The notes beneath the pieces were generated by a model. That model worked only from the letters and a program-made list of their open reading frames with translations, did not search any database and had not been told where the DNA came from. A stretch of DNA of 12,983 bases, from positions 1 to 12,983 of the forward strand of contig JAYVCD010000084.1 in the NCBI GenBank assembly GCA_043750125.1. The letters run 5' to 3'. The DNA is from Archangiaceae bacterium. Lineage in GTDB: Bacteria > Myxococcota > Myxococcia > Myxococcales > Myxococcaceae. This document shows, in pieces, positions 1 to 7,274 of the stretch (position 1 is its first letter; each line of letters starts with the position of its first letter). Made by a program: the position numbers and the translations under genes.

Positions 1-596
1 GCAAAATCGGCGGGCTTGAGGTACTTGAAAGACAAGTCCTCGAGCTCGGTCTTGATCCAGCTGATCCCGAGGCGATTGGCCAGGGGTGCGTAGATGTCCA
101 GCGTCTCCTGGGCGATCCGCGTCTGCTTGTCCTCTTTCATGTGATCGAGCGTCCGCATGTTGTGCGTCCGATCGGCCAGCTTGACGAGGATGACCCGGAT
201 GTCCTGGGCCATGGCGATGATCATCTTGCGGAAGTTCTCTGCCTGCTTCTCTTCCTGCGACAGCTGGGTCGAAGCCGAGAACTTCGAGAGCTTGGTGACG
301 CCGTCGACGATCGCGGTGACTTCTTCGCCGAACAGCTCGCGAATTTCTTCGGTCGTGGCGAGCGTGTCTTCGACTGTGTCGTGCAGGAGGCCGGAGACGA
401 TCGACGCCTCATCCAGCTTCAACTGCGCAAGAAGCCCAGCCACCTCGAGCGGGTGGATCAGGTACGGCTCTCCAGACTTCCGAATCTGCCCCTGGTGGAC
501 CTTCGCCGAGTAGACGTAGGCCTTTTTGATGATGTCGAGATCGGGATCGGGGTGATAGGCGGCGACGCGCTGAAGAATGTCGTTGAGGCGGATCAA
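1..596 (-). CDS. relA: Long RSH (p)ppGpp synthetase/hydrolase, N-terminal part; runs off the left edge of the window
   Basis: Not in the ORF track. Manual translation from TTG at 596: MIRLNDILQRVAAYHPDPDLDIIKKAYVYSAKVHQGQIRKSGEPYLIHPLEVA...GLLHDTVEDT...IVDGVTKL...AENFRKMIIAMAQDIRVILVKLADRTHNMRTL...ETLDIYAPLANRLGISWIKTELEDLSF. These are hallmark RSH motifs. The HDxxED hydrolase motif is intact, so the enzyme is probably bifunctional. Confidence 0.97.
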   Translation of the reverse strand, partial: MIRLNDILQRVAAYHPDPDLDIIKKAYVYSAKVHQGQIRKSGEPYLIHPLEVAGLLAQLKLDEASIVSGLLHDTVEDTLATTEEIRELFGEEVTAIVDGVTKLSKFSASTQLSQEEKQAENFRKMIIAMAQDIRVILVKLADRTHNMRTLDHMKEDKQTRIAQETLDIYAPLANRLGISWIKTELEDLSFKYLKPADF

Positions 597-606
597 AGGC
601 CCTTCA

Positions 607-635
607 AGCGTAACCACACAGTGCCCACTCGGCAA
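607..635 (-). promoter_or_regulatory. Putative sigma70/sigmaA promoter of relA
   Basis: Minus strand TTGCCG (635-630), 17 nt spacer, TACGCT (612-607), ending 10 nt before the TTG start. Confidence 0.5.
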
Positions 636-712
636 CGGCGCCGCATCGCGTCAGGCATTGGGTTGACCTTGCGCATGCTTCGGGATTCGTTGACTATCCT
701 GCGCCAAAAAAC

Positions 713-1729
713 ATGGCCGCCCTCCTCAAATCCCACCTTGGTGTCGTCTGCCCGGCCTGCGACTTCCTCAATGTCGTGGGCGCGACGAAGTGCATGTCGT
801 GTGACGCTGCCACGGACGGGCCGAGCCCGCCTGCTCCGATGTTGAGGACGGACAAGCACCAGGCGCTCGTGCCCGAGCCGATCGTGCCCGCGTCGGTGCC
901 TCCGGGGTTGAAGCGGTCGAACACCGCTCCGCAGATGGCCGCCTCGGCGATGCCAGACCCGACTCCTCCCGCGCCCGTGGATCCAACGCCCGCGCCTACC
1001 GGAGCGATGAAATCGCTGGCCGGCGCCCCGCCCCGCCCGACGTTTCAATCGTCTTCCCCGCCTGCTGCCACGCCGGTGCAAGAAGGCCCGAAGTTCGGAC
1101 TTTCGGTGTTGGCAGGCCCCGCGCGCGGCCAGCGGTTCCGCCTCGGAGCCAAAGGCGCGCAGGTCGGCCGCAGCCGCGGGGTGATCCTCTTCCCCGACGA
1201 CCCGTTCGTCTCGCCGCTGCACGGCACGTTCACCCTTCGCGAGGGCAAGCTGCTCGTGCGAGACGAAGAGAGCACGTCGGGGATCTACGTCAGCATCAAC
1301 GGCCAGGAGACCATTCCCGCCGACAGCTTCTTCGCGACCGGGTTGCGCTTGTTTCATTACGTCGGCGCGCTCGAGCCGGCACCGCCGTTCGTCCCCGGGC
1401 GGCTGCAGATCTACGGCGCTCCCGTGCCGACCAACCAAACCCATTACTCGGTCGAAGAGATCCTTCTCGGGGGTCGGCCAGGGCGCGCGATGATCACCGG
1501 CGGCCCGATTCTCACCATTGGCCAGAGCAAGTGCGACCTGTCGTTTCCGGCCGACGACGGAATGGCCGCCCGCCATTGCGAGCTGTCGCCGATGCCGACC
1601 GGCGCAATGATTCGGGACTTGTCGGGAGGACTGGGGACGTACATCCGGATCACCGAAGAGCGTCCGCTCAAGGCCGGCGATCGATTGCGAATCGGGCAGC
1701 AGACCCTGCAAGTCGAACTGCTGAGCTGA
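713..1729 (+). CDS. Zinc-ribbon + Pro-rich linker + tandem FHA domain protein (338 aa)
   Basis: N-terminal CPAC-x3-N-x6-CMSC, then a Pro/Ala-rich linker. FHA 1: VGRS...FVSPLH...VRDEESTSG. FHA 2: IGQ...MAARH...IRDLSGGLGTY...LKAGDRLRIGQQ. Confidence 0.9.
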   Translation: MAALLKSHLGVVCPACDFLNVVGATKCMSCDAATDGPSPPAPMLRTDKHQALVPEPIVPASVPPGLKRSNTAPQMAASAMPDPTPPAPVDPTPAPTGAMKSLAGAPPRPTFQSSSPPAATPVQEGPKFGLSVLAGPARGQRFRLGAKGAQVGRSRGVILFPDDPFVSPLHGTFTLREGKLLVRDEESTSGIYVSINGQETIPADSFFATGLRLFHYVGALEPAPPFVPGRLQIYGAPVPTNQTHYSVEEILLGGRPGRAMITGGPILTIGQSKCDLSFPADDGMAARHCELSPMPTGAMIRDLSGGLGTYIRITEERPLKAGDRLRIGQQTLQVELLS

Positions 1730-3358
1730 TTACTCGGGAGGAAGCGCCTGCTTGATGTACGCGCGGGCCTTGGAGCTCGGCGCGTCCGTCAGGTGCCGCC
1801 CCCACCACTTCCTCGCTTCGGCTGTTTCGTCCTGCTGGTGGTACAGCTCGCCCAGCTTCAGCGCGAGCTCAGGCATGGGGTCGCGCGAAAAGGCTTCCTT
1901 GTATTTGGTGATCGCCATCGCCGGATCATTGCGCCGCCAGGCGGCGTCGCCGTCGTGGTTCAGGCGGCTGGACGCTGCGGGGTCCCGAAGCGCCTCGGGG
2001 ATCTGTTGTTCCGACAGCCGCTCAAAATCGATCGGAGGCTGGACCCGGGGATCCTTGATTTTCACCGGCGCGTTCGAGGGAGCGACAAGGGCCTGCTCGT
2101 CTTCCTTCTGCTTCAGCGAGGTGCGGACGAAAGCGGCCGCCACCCCCAGGGCCACGGCCACGACGATCACGGTGACAACCTTGAACACCAGGGCGCTGCG
2201 ATGCGGCTGGCCGACCGGATCGGTGGACTCCGCCCCCTGGATCGCCGCGCCCCCGGGCCGATAGCGGTCGTGCTGCACGGTGCGATCGGTGTTTGCGCCC
2301 GTCGCTGATTTCGAGGGCTGCTCGCGCGCCGACTTGACCAGCGAGGCATCAGCAAGCTGGGTGGCGTCGCGATCCCAGCCGCGCTCGCTCATCGGGTGGT
2401 TGATGACCCGGGTCTGCTGTTCGGCGGGGGTGACATGGCGCGGGTTGCCTTGCTGGGTCGAACGCCGAGGAGACCGGGCACCCCCGCGGGCCTCTTTGTC
2501 GATTGCGATCAACTCATCGCGAAACAGCTCGGCCGTCTGCGGTCGGTCGTTGGGGCTCTTGGCGAGCGTCTTCATGATCAGCCGTTCCAACGGCGGGCTG
2601 ATTCGCGCTTCGGGGCGACGGCGAGAGGGAAGCGGAGGTTGCTCGGTCAGGTGCTTGGTGGCGAAGCCCACTGCCGATTCGGAATCGAACGGCAGCATCC
2701 CGGTCGTCAGTTGGTAGAGGATCACCCCGACGGCATACAGGTCGCTGCGGTGATCGAGCGTCGCCCCGCGGGCCTGCTCGGGAGACATGTACTCGGGGGT
2801 TCCGCAGACGAAGCCCGCGCGGGTCAAAGCCGGGCCGTCTTCACCGGACGAATCGGTGATCTTCGCGATTCCGAAGTCGAGCACCTTGACGAAGTCCGGC
2901 TCGCCTCGGCGCTGCTCGACCATGATGTTCTCGGGCTTCAGGTCGCGGTGAATGACACCCGCGCCGTGAGCATCGGACAGCGCCGACAACACCTGGCTCA
3001 CGATCCGGATCACCCGCGATTCGCTCAGCGGCCACTCGCGGGAAAGGATGTGGTGCAGATCCTTTCCCGAGACGTATTCCATCGCGATGTACATCGCGCC
3101 GTCTTCGGCCTGACCAAAGTCGAGAATCGAGATCGAGTTGGGGTGGTTGAGTCGGCTGGCGGCCTTGGCCTCTCGCTGAAAGCGCGCCACCGTACGCTCG
3201 TCGGACAACAGCGCTTGCCGAAGCACCTTCAGCACGACCGGTTTGTCGAGGACGAGCTGGGTGGCCTTGTAGACCTTTCCCATGCCTCCTTCGCCTATCA
3301 GCGCTTCGACACGGTATTTCCGAGCGACGGTCTTACCGATGTAGTCGTCAGAAGCCAC
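1730..3358 (-). CDS. Membrane-anchored Hanks-type Ser/Thr protein kinase with C-terminal TPR-like domain (~542 aa)
   Basis: GEGGMGKVY, VVLKVL, RFQREA, HRDLKPEN, DFG, GTPEYMSPE and DLYAVGVILY motifs. One hydrophobic helix (LVFKVVTVIVVAVALGVAAAFV) precedes a TPR-like helical tail. Start trimmed to GTG 3358 (GTG 3397 also possible). The 779-aa ORF call extends antisense over the next gene. Confidence 0.93.
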   Translation of the reverse strand: MASDDYIGKTVARKYRVEALIGEGGMGKVYKATQLVLDKPVVLKVLRQALLSDERTVARFQREAKAASRLNHPNSISILDFGQAEDGAMYIAMEYVSGKDLHHILSREWPLSESRVIRIVSQVLSALSDAHGAGVIHRDLKPENIMVEQRRGEPDFVKVLDFGIAKITDSSGEDGPALTRAGFVCGTPEYMSPEQARGATLDHRSDLYAVGVILYQLTTGMLPFDSESAVGFATKHLTEQPPLPSRRRPEARISPPLERLIMKTLAKSPNDRPQTAELFRDELIAIDKEARGGARSPRRSTQQGNPRHVTPAEQQTRVINHPMSERGWDRDATQLADASLVKSAREQPSKSATGANTDRTVQHDRYRPGGAAIQGAESTDPVGQPHRSALVFKVVTVIVVAVALGVAAAFVRTSLKQKEDEQALVAPSNAPVKIKDPRVQPPIDFERLSEQQIPEALRDPAASSRLNHDGDAAWRRNDPAMAITKYKEAFSRDPMPELALKLGELYHQQDETAEARKWWGRHLTDAPSSKARAYIKQALPPE

Positions 3359-3466
3359 AGGCGGACGTGAACTTTTCCACGGCTGGCGACCGATCACCAA
3401 CGAAGTGTTGCCTTGAGACGAACGCTCGCCCTTTGGCGCGGGCTTGATATAGCTGGCCACCGGTTT

Positions 3467-4111
3467 ATGCCTCCCGCACCACGCCCTCGGGTTGCAATTC
3501 GTGTCGTCCGCGCCGATGGGGGTCCCGAGGCGTTGATTCCGATGCGAGGCGACGTCTTGCTCGCGGGTCGACAGGGCGATCTGGCCCTGCCCGATGATCC
3601 GTTCGTTGCCGAGACCCAGGTGCGGTTTTTCTTCTCGGGCTCGCGACTGGCGATTGAAGATGTGGGCGGCGGAAATGGGGTGTTCACCCGGCTGCGCGCC
3701 GAGCGTGAGCTGTCGACGGGCGGTGAAGTGCGGCTCGGCCGACAACGGATGATGCTCGAGCCGATTCCAGCGCTCGCTCCTGCGGCAGACGGGGCGACGG
3801 CCTGGGGCTCTCCGGACATGGGCTTTCGCTTTCGTCTGGTTCAGCTGCTTGAAGGCGGAGTGCGCGGCGGAGCGTTTCCCCTCAAAGACGGCGAAAACAT
3901 GCTCGGCCGAGAGCTGGGCGACATCACTTTTCCGACCGACGGCTTCATCTCGGGCCGGCACGCAGTGCTGACGGTCGCGCAAGATCGCCTGATGGTCAAA
4001 GACCTGGGCTCGTCGAACGGAACGTTCTTGCGGCTGACGGCCCCGGCGTTCGTGGACAACGGGGACCAATTCTTGATCGGTCGCCAGCTCGTTCGCGTCG
4101 AGCTGCAGTAG
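3467..4111 (+). CDS. Tandem FHA domain protein (~214 aa)
   Basis: FHA 1: LAGRQ...DDPFVAETQ...EDVGGGNGVF. FHA 2 is canonical: LGRE...ISGRH...KDLGSSNGTF...GDQFLIGRQ. ATG 3467 preferred over TTG 3413, but the start is uncertain. Confidence 0.9.
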   Translation: MPPAPRPRVAIRVVRADGGPEALIPMRGDVLLAGRQGDLALPDDPFVAETQVRFFFSGSRLAIEDVGGGNGVFTRLRAERELSTGGEVRLGRQRMMLEPIPALAPAADGATAWGSPDMGFRFRLVQLLEGGVRGGAFPLKDGENMLGRELGDITFPTDGFISGRHAVLTVAQDRLMVKDLGSSNGTFLRLTAPAFVDNGDQFLIGRQLVRVELQ

Positions 4112-4182
4112 CCGCTGTCTCTTCGCCTTCGCTGGAACCAGGCCCGAGAACCGTCAGTCGGGACGCTCGAAGCGCACGTGAC

Positions 4183-4214
4183 AAAACAGGCCACGCCCCG
4201 AGGGACGCAGCCTG
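4183..4214 (-). terminator. Rho-independent terminator of dksA
   Basis: Minus-strand RNA CAGGCUGCGUCC-CUCG-GGGCGUGGCCUG forms a 12-bp stem (3 G-U pairs) with a 4-nt loop, followed by UUUUGU. It starts 23 nt after the dksA stop. The G-U pairs only work on the minus strand. Confidence 0.8.
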
Positions 4215-4237
4215 ACGGAAGAGAAGCTTCCGCACGT

Positions 4238-4600
4238 TCAGCCGTAGGATTTTTCTTTCTTCTCCTGCTCTTCCTTGCAGCGAATGCAGAGCGTGGTGAC
4301 CGGCCGAGCTTCCAACCGCTTGGCACTGATCGGCTCTTCGCACCGCTCGCAGACGCCAAACGTGCCGTCTTCGATGCGGGCGAGGGCCTTCTCGATCTTC
4401 TTGAGCAGGAACTTTTCCCGGTCGCGAAGTCGGAAAACCATGCTTTGCGCATACTCGCTCGAGGCGAGGTCGATTTCGTCGGGGAGATCGTCCGTGTCGA
4501 AGTTGGACTCCTCCATCAACGTCTTTTTTGCACTCTGGAGCAGCGCCAACTTGCTGTCTTCGAGCATCTTTTTGAAACGCTTCAGTTCCTTCTGATTCAC
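4238..4600 (-). CDS. dksA: RNA polymerase-binding transcription factor DksA (TraR/DksA C4 zinc finger, ~120 aa)
   Basis: Coiled-coil tip DEIDLA (DxxDxA), then IEKALARIEDGTFGVCERC...RLEARPVTTLCIRCKE. GTG 4600 is preceded by SD-like GAAGGGGG. Confidence 0.95.
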   Translation of the reverse strand: MNQKELKRFKKMLEDSKLALLQSAKKTLMEESNFDTDDLPDEIDLASSEYAQSMVFRLRDREKFLLKKIEKALARIEDGTFGVCERCEEPISAKRLEARPVTTLCIRCKEEQEKKEKSYG

Positions 4601-4639
4601 GAGCGCGGCCCCCTTCGTGTTCGAAAAAAAGGCCAAACA

Positions 4640-4668
4640 TCATTAGACAGCGGCTTGTTCTGTGTCAA
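4640..4668 (-). promoter_or_regulatory. Putative sigma70/sigmaA promoter of dksA
   Basis: Perfect TTGACA (4668-4663), 17 nt spacer, TAATGA (4645-4640). AATGAT with an 18 nt spacer is an alternative -10. Confidence 0.55.
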
Positions 4669-4704
4669 GGTGAGTCCATCCTAAGTATCCGAAACGCCTC
4701 CTGA

Positions 4705-5589
4705 ATGTCAGACAATTCGCGCTTCGATCGAGAATTCTTAAAGGCCGCCCTCCAGCTGGCCACGAATGTCGACGTCGATCATCTCCTCTATATCGGCGAC
4801 ATCCCTATTCCGGATGCGGACTTACGAGGCCGCCGCTGCCGAAAGAAGCTCATCTATGCCGTCACCCTCGAAGCTCTGGCCACCGACCTTCATTCCAAGA
4901 AAGAACGGGCCCTGGTCATACCCGCGTACGACTACTCACGCATTGAACGAGTAAAGGTAGCGATGGTATCGGCGCTTTCCCAGGGAGCTTTCAAAGAAGG
5001 TGATCTGGTGCTGTGCCTCACCGGGCGAATCGGGCGTCACATCGACACGATGATGCAGATGCGCATCGGCGCCTCGCTGGACGATCGGGTAGCGATTGAA
5101 GGGGTGAAGCTGGGGGACGAGTTCAATTCTCAGGTAGTCGACGCGATGATCCAGCTCGCGCTGCAGATTGGGCAGGAAGGCTTCGAAGGTCACGCGGTGG
5201 GGACGATCATCACCATTGGTGATCACAACGACGTGATGGAAAAGAGCCGCCAGCTGACGATCAACCCGTTCCAGGGAATCTCGGAATCCGAGCGCAATGT
5301 TCTCGACCCGAGAATCCGGGAAGCGATCAAGAACTTCTCGGTGCTCGATGGCGCGTTCGTGATTCGAGAAGATGGCGTCGTGCTCGCAGCGGGCCGTTAC
5401 CTGTCGGCCGCAGACGATGCCGGGGTGAAGATTCCGCTCGGGCTCGGAGCGCGGCACGCGGCAGCGGCGAGCATCACCGCATCGACGCGGTGCATCGCGC
5501 TGGTGGTCAGCCAGACCTCGGGCGCGGTTCGGCTGTTCAAGGAAGGAAACATCGTGCTGGAGCTGCACCAGACTGCTCGGCGCACCTAG
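4705..5589 (+). CDS. Diadenylate cyclase, DisA_N/DAC domain, DacZ/CdaZ-like architecture (294 aa)
   Basis: C-terminal DAC motifs: EGHAVGTIITIGD, LDGAFVIREDG, GLGARHAAAASIT, ALVVSQTSGAVRLFKEG. The N-terminal ALSQGAFKEGDLVLCLTG segment resembles the pyruvate-kinase-C-like domain of DacZ. No TM helices (unlike CdaA) and no HhH domain (unlike DisA). Confidence 0.88.
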   Translation: MSDNSRFDREFLKAALQLATNVDVDHLLYIGDIPIPDADLRGRRCRKKLIYAVTLEALATDLHSKKERALVIPAYDYSRIERVKVAMVSALSQGAFKEGDLVLCLTGRIGRHIDTMMQMRIGASLDDRVAIEGVKLGDEFNSQVVDAMIQLALQIGQEGFEGHAVGTIITIGDHNDVMEKSRQLTINPFQGISESERNVLDPRIREAIKNFSVLDGAFVIREDGVVLAAGRYLSAADDAGVKIPLGLGARHAAAASITASTRCIALVVSQTSGAVRLFKEGNIVLELHQTARRT

Positions 5590-5620
5590 CGCCTCTTTTC
5601 ATCAGCTCAGGAGAATCACC

Positions 5621-5938
5621 TTGGCCAAGATCAAGCTCGACATTCCTCACACCCTGCCGGCAGACGAAGCGAAGAAGCGGGTCGAAGCGTTGTTCGGTTA
5701 CTGGGGAAAAAAGTACGGAGTGAAGGCGACGTGGTCGGGAGAAGTCGCAAAATTTGCAGGGAAGGTGATGGGAATCAGCTTCGACGGGCAGCTGTCGGTG
5801 CTGGCCGGCAAGATCGCGGGAGACGCAATCGACCCCGGGTTTCTGCTGCGCGGCCAGGCGCAGAAGTACCTGGTGAAGAAGTTCGCCGACTACCTCGACC
5901 CGTCGAAGAGCGTGTCGGACTTGAGCCGCGACGACTGA
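5621..5938 (+). CDS. Small protein resembling the 'polyhydroxyalkanoic acid system' (PHA_gran_rgn) family (105 aa)
   Basis: N-terminal IKLDIPHTLPADEAKKRVE, YGVKATWSG and ISFDGQLSV...PGFLLRG pattern. SD AGGAG before TTG; 31 bp after the cyclase stop. Confidence 0.7.
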   Translation: MAKIKLDIPHTLPADEAKKRVEALFGYWGKKYGVKATWSGEVAKFAGKVMGISFDGQLSVLAGKIAGDAIDPGFLLRGQAQKYLVKKFADYLDPSKSVSDLSRDD

Positions 5939-5959
5939 AGCTTCGAGACGACAAAAGCG

Positions 5960-6613
5960 CTATCGCTTGACGCCGACCAACAGCCCGTCGGGGCTGGGCA
6001 GGCAGACGGTGTCGAAGGCGGTCGCGGCTTCTTCGTGGAATCGGCGCATCGCCTGGGCTTCGGGGTCTTGATCGAGCAGCTTGCCGAAGAGGTAGGCGTT
6101 GTCGCCCAACAGCAGGCCGCCGGCACGAAGGTTCTTCGCAGCCCATCGCCCGTAGCCGTCGTAGTTGAGTTTGTCGGCATCGATGAACACCGCGTCGAAT
6201 GGGCCGGATTTTTCGAGTGATGGAAGGATGTCGAGTCCGGCTCCGACGAGGACTTCGACCTTGGCGGCCTGGCCGGCGAGGGCGATGGCCTTTCGTGCCA
6301 CTTCCGCGTGGCGGGGGTCGAACTCGATGGTCCACAATTTTCCATCGGCGGGCAGGGCGCGGGCGATGCGAATGGCCGAGTAGCCGGCCAGGGTGCCGAG
6401 CTCGACGACCTTTTTGGCTTTTGCGAGGCGCAGCAGCATCTCGAGGAACTTTCCCTCGGACTTGCCCACCTGAATGGCCGGCATCTTCTCTTGGGCCGGT
6501 GCGTCGAACGCCGCCGTGAGGCCTGCGTCGTGGGGAGCATGAAGCCCGTCGACCCAGTCGAGGATCTGAGGACTGCTGTACCGATTTCCCGCTCTCGAGT
6601 CGTTGTCAGCCAT
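5960..6613 (-). CDS. SAM-dependent O-methyltransferase (Methyltransf_3, COMT/CCoAOMT-like)
   Basis: VVELGTLAGYSAI SAM-binding motif, FDAVFIDADK and GGLLLGDN metal ligands, C-terminal DGLLVG. Start ATG 6613 (or 6619). Confidence 0.93.
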   Translation of the reverse strand: MADNDSRAGNRYSSPQILDWVDGLHAPHDAGLTAAFDAPAQEKMPAIQVGKSEGKFLEMLLRLAKAKKVVELGTLAGYSAIRIARALPADGKLWTIEFDPRHAEVARKAIALAGQAAKVEVLVGAGLDILPSLEKSGPFDAVFIDADKLNYDGYGRWAAKNLRAGGLLLGDNAYLFGKLLDQDPEAQAMRRFHEEAATAFDTVCLPSPDGLLVGVKR

Positions 6614-6620
6614 GGGCATT

Positions 6621-6649
6621 TCACTATCTCGCGCCCCGATCGACGTCAA
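6621..6649 (-). promoter_or_regulatory. Putative sigma70/sigmaA promoter giving a leaderless O-methyltransferase mRNA
   Basis: TTGACG (6649-6644), 17 nt spacer, TAGTGA (6626-6621), then 7 nt to ATG 6613. No SD upstream. Confidence 0.45.
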
Positions 6650-6678
6650 CGCGGGTGCACTCGAAGGTCGGGCGGGGT

Positions 6679-7266
6679 ATGGCTCGAAGAATGCTGTTGG
6701 AACTCAACGCGATCCCCCAACTGAGTCATGTCGATTCCGAGGTCTTCACGCTGCGCTTCTTCGGCGCGTGCATGGCCTGCACCTTCTGCAACGACAGCTG
6801 CTGCCAGTACGGCTGCGACGTGAATGTCGGCGAACGAGACAAGATTCTGGCGCTGAAGGACGAGCTGGCCGCCCACGTGAGCATTCCTTCCGAGCGATGG
6901 TTCTCGAGCGAGGTCAACGAAGACCCCGAGTACCCGACGGGCAAATTCGTTCGCGCCAACGCTGAAGACGGCGCCTGTGTATTTCTCAATCGGAAGACGC
7001 GCGGCTGTTCGATTCACGCCTTCGCGCTGGCCAGCGGGCGCGACTACCACGACATCAAACCGATGGTCTGTTGGATGTTCCCCGTATGTTGGGACCAAAA
7101 AGTGCTGCGGCCCAACACGGACGTGAAAGACGACCTGGTCTGCGCGGGAAAAGGAATGACGCTCTACGAAGGGGCACGCGAAGAGCTTCGGGTGGTGTTT
7201 GGTGACGACCTGGTTCGGCAGCTGGACGTGCTGTCGAAGCAGACGCTGGCCGCTGCCGCGAGCTGA
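6679..7266 (+). CDS. Cysteine-cluster protein, CxxCxxCC (YkgJ)/DUF3109-like, probable Zn or Fe-S binder (~195 aa)
   Basis: CMACTFCNDSCCQYGC...GACVFL...GCSIH...KPMVCWMFP...C; 11 Cys in total. Start ATG 6679 or 6691. Confidence 0.75.
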   Translation: MARRMLLELNAIPQLSHVDSEVFTLRFFGACMACTFCNDSCCQYGCDVNVGERDKILALKDELAAHVSIPSERWFSSEVNEDPEYPTGKFVRANAEDGACVFLNRKTRGCSIHAFALASGRDYHDIKPMVCWMFPVCWDQKVLRPNTDVKDDLVCAGKGMTLYEGAREELRVVFGDDLVRQLDVLSKQTLAAAAS

Positions 7267-7274
7267 AAGCCCGG

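Noticed and set aside
662-700. Repeated GTTGAC (662-667, 689-694) and TATCCT upstream of the first FHA gene as a promoter
   Set aside because: The -35/-10 spacings do not fit 16-18 nt, so no confident call.
141-845. 234-aa plus-strand ORF
   Set aside because: Antisense shadow of relA; the minus-strand frame carries all the RSH motifs.
3359-4069. 237-codon N-terminal extension of the kinase (779-aa ORF call)
   Set aside because: It lies antisense to a clear tandem-FHA gene and shows no recognisable motifs. The kinase domain begins right after GTG 3358.
4216-4232. Small hairpin CGGAAG-N5-CTTCCG after the dksA stop
   Set aside because: Only 6 bp with no U-tract. The adjacent 12-bp hairpin already explains termination, and there is no evidence for an sRNA.
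4705-5589. Cyclase as part of a CBASS-like or other anti-phage system, or as DisA
   Set aside because: It is a DAC fold, not a CD-NTase. There is no adjacent effector and no HhH DNA-binding domain, and the context is housekeeping.
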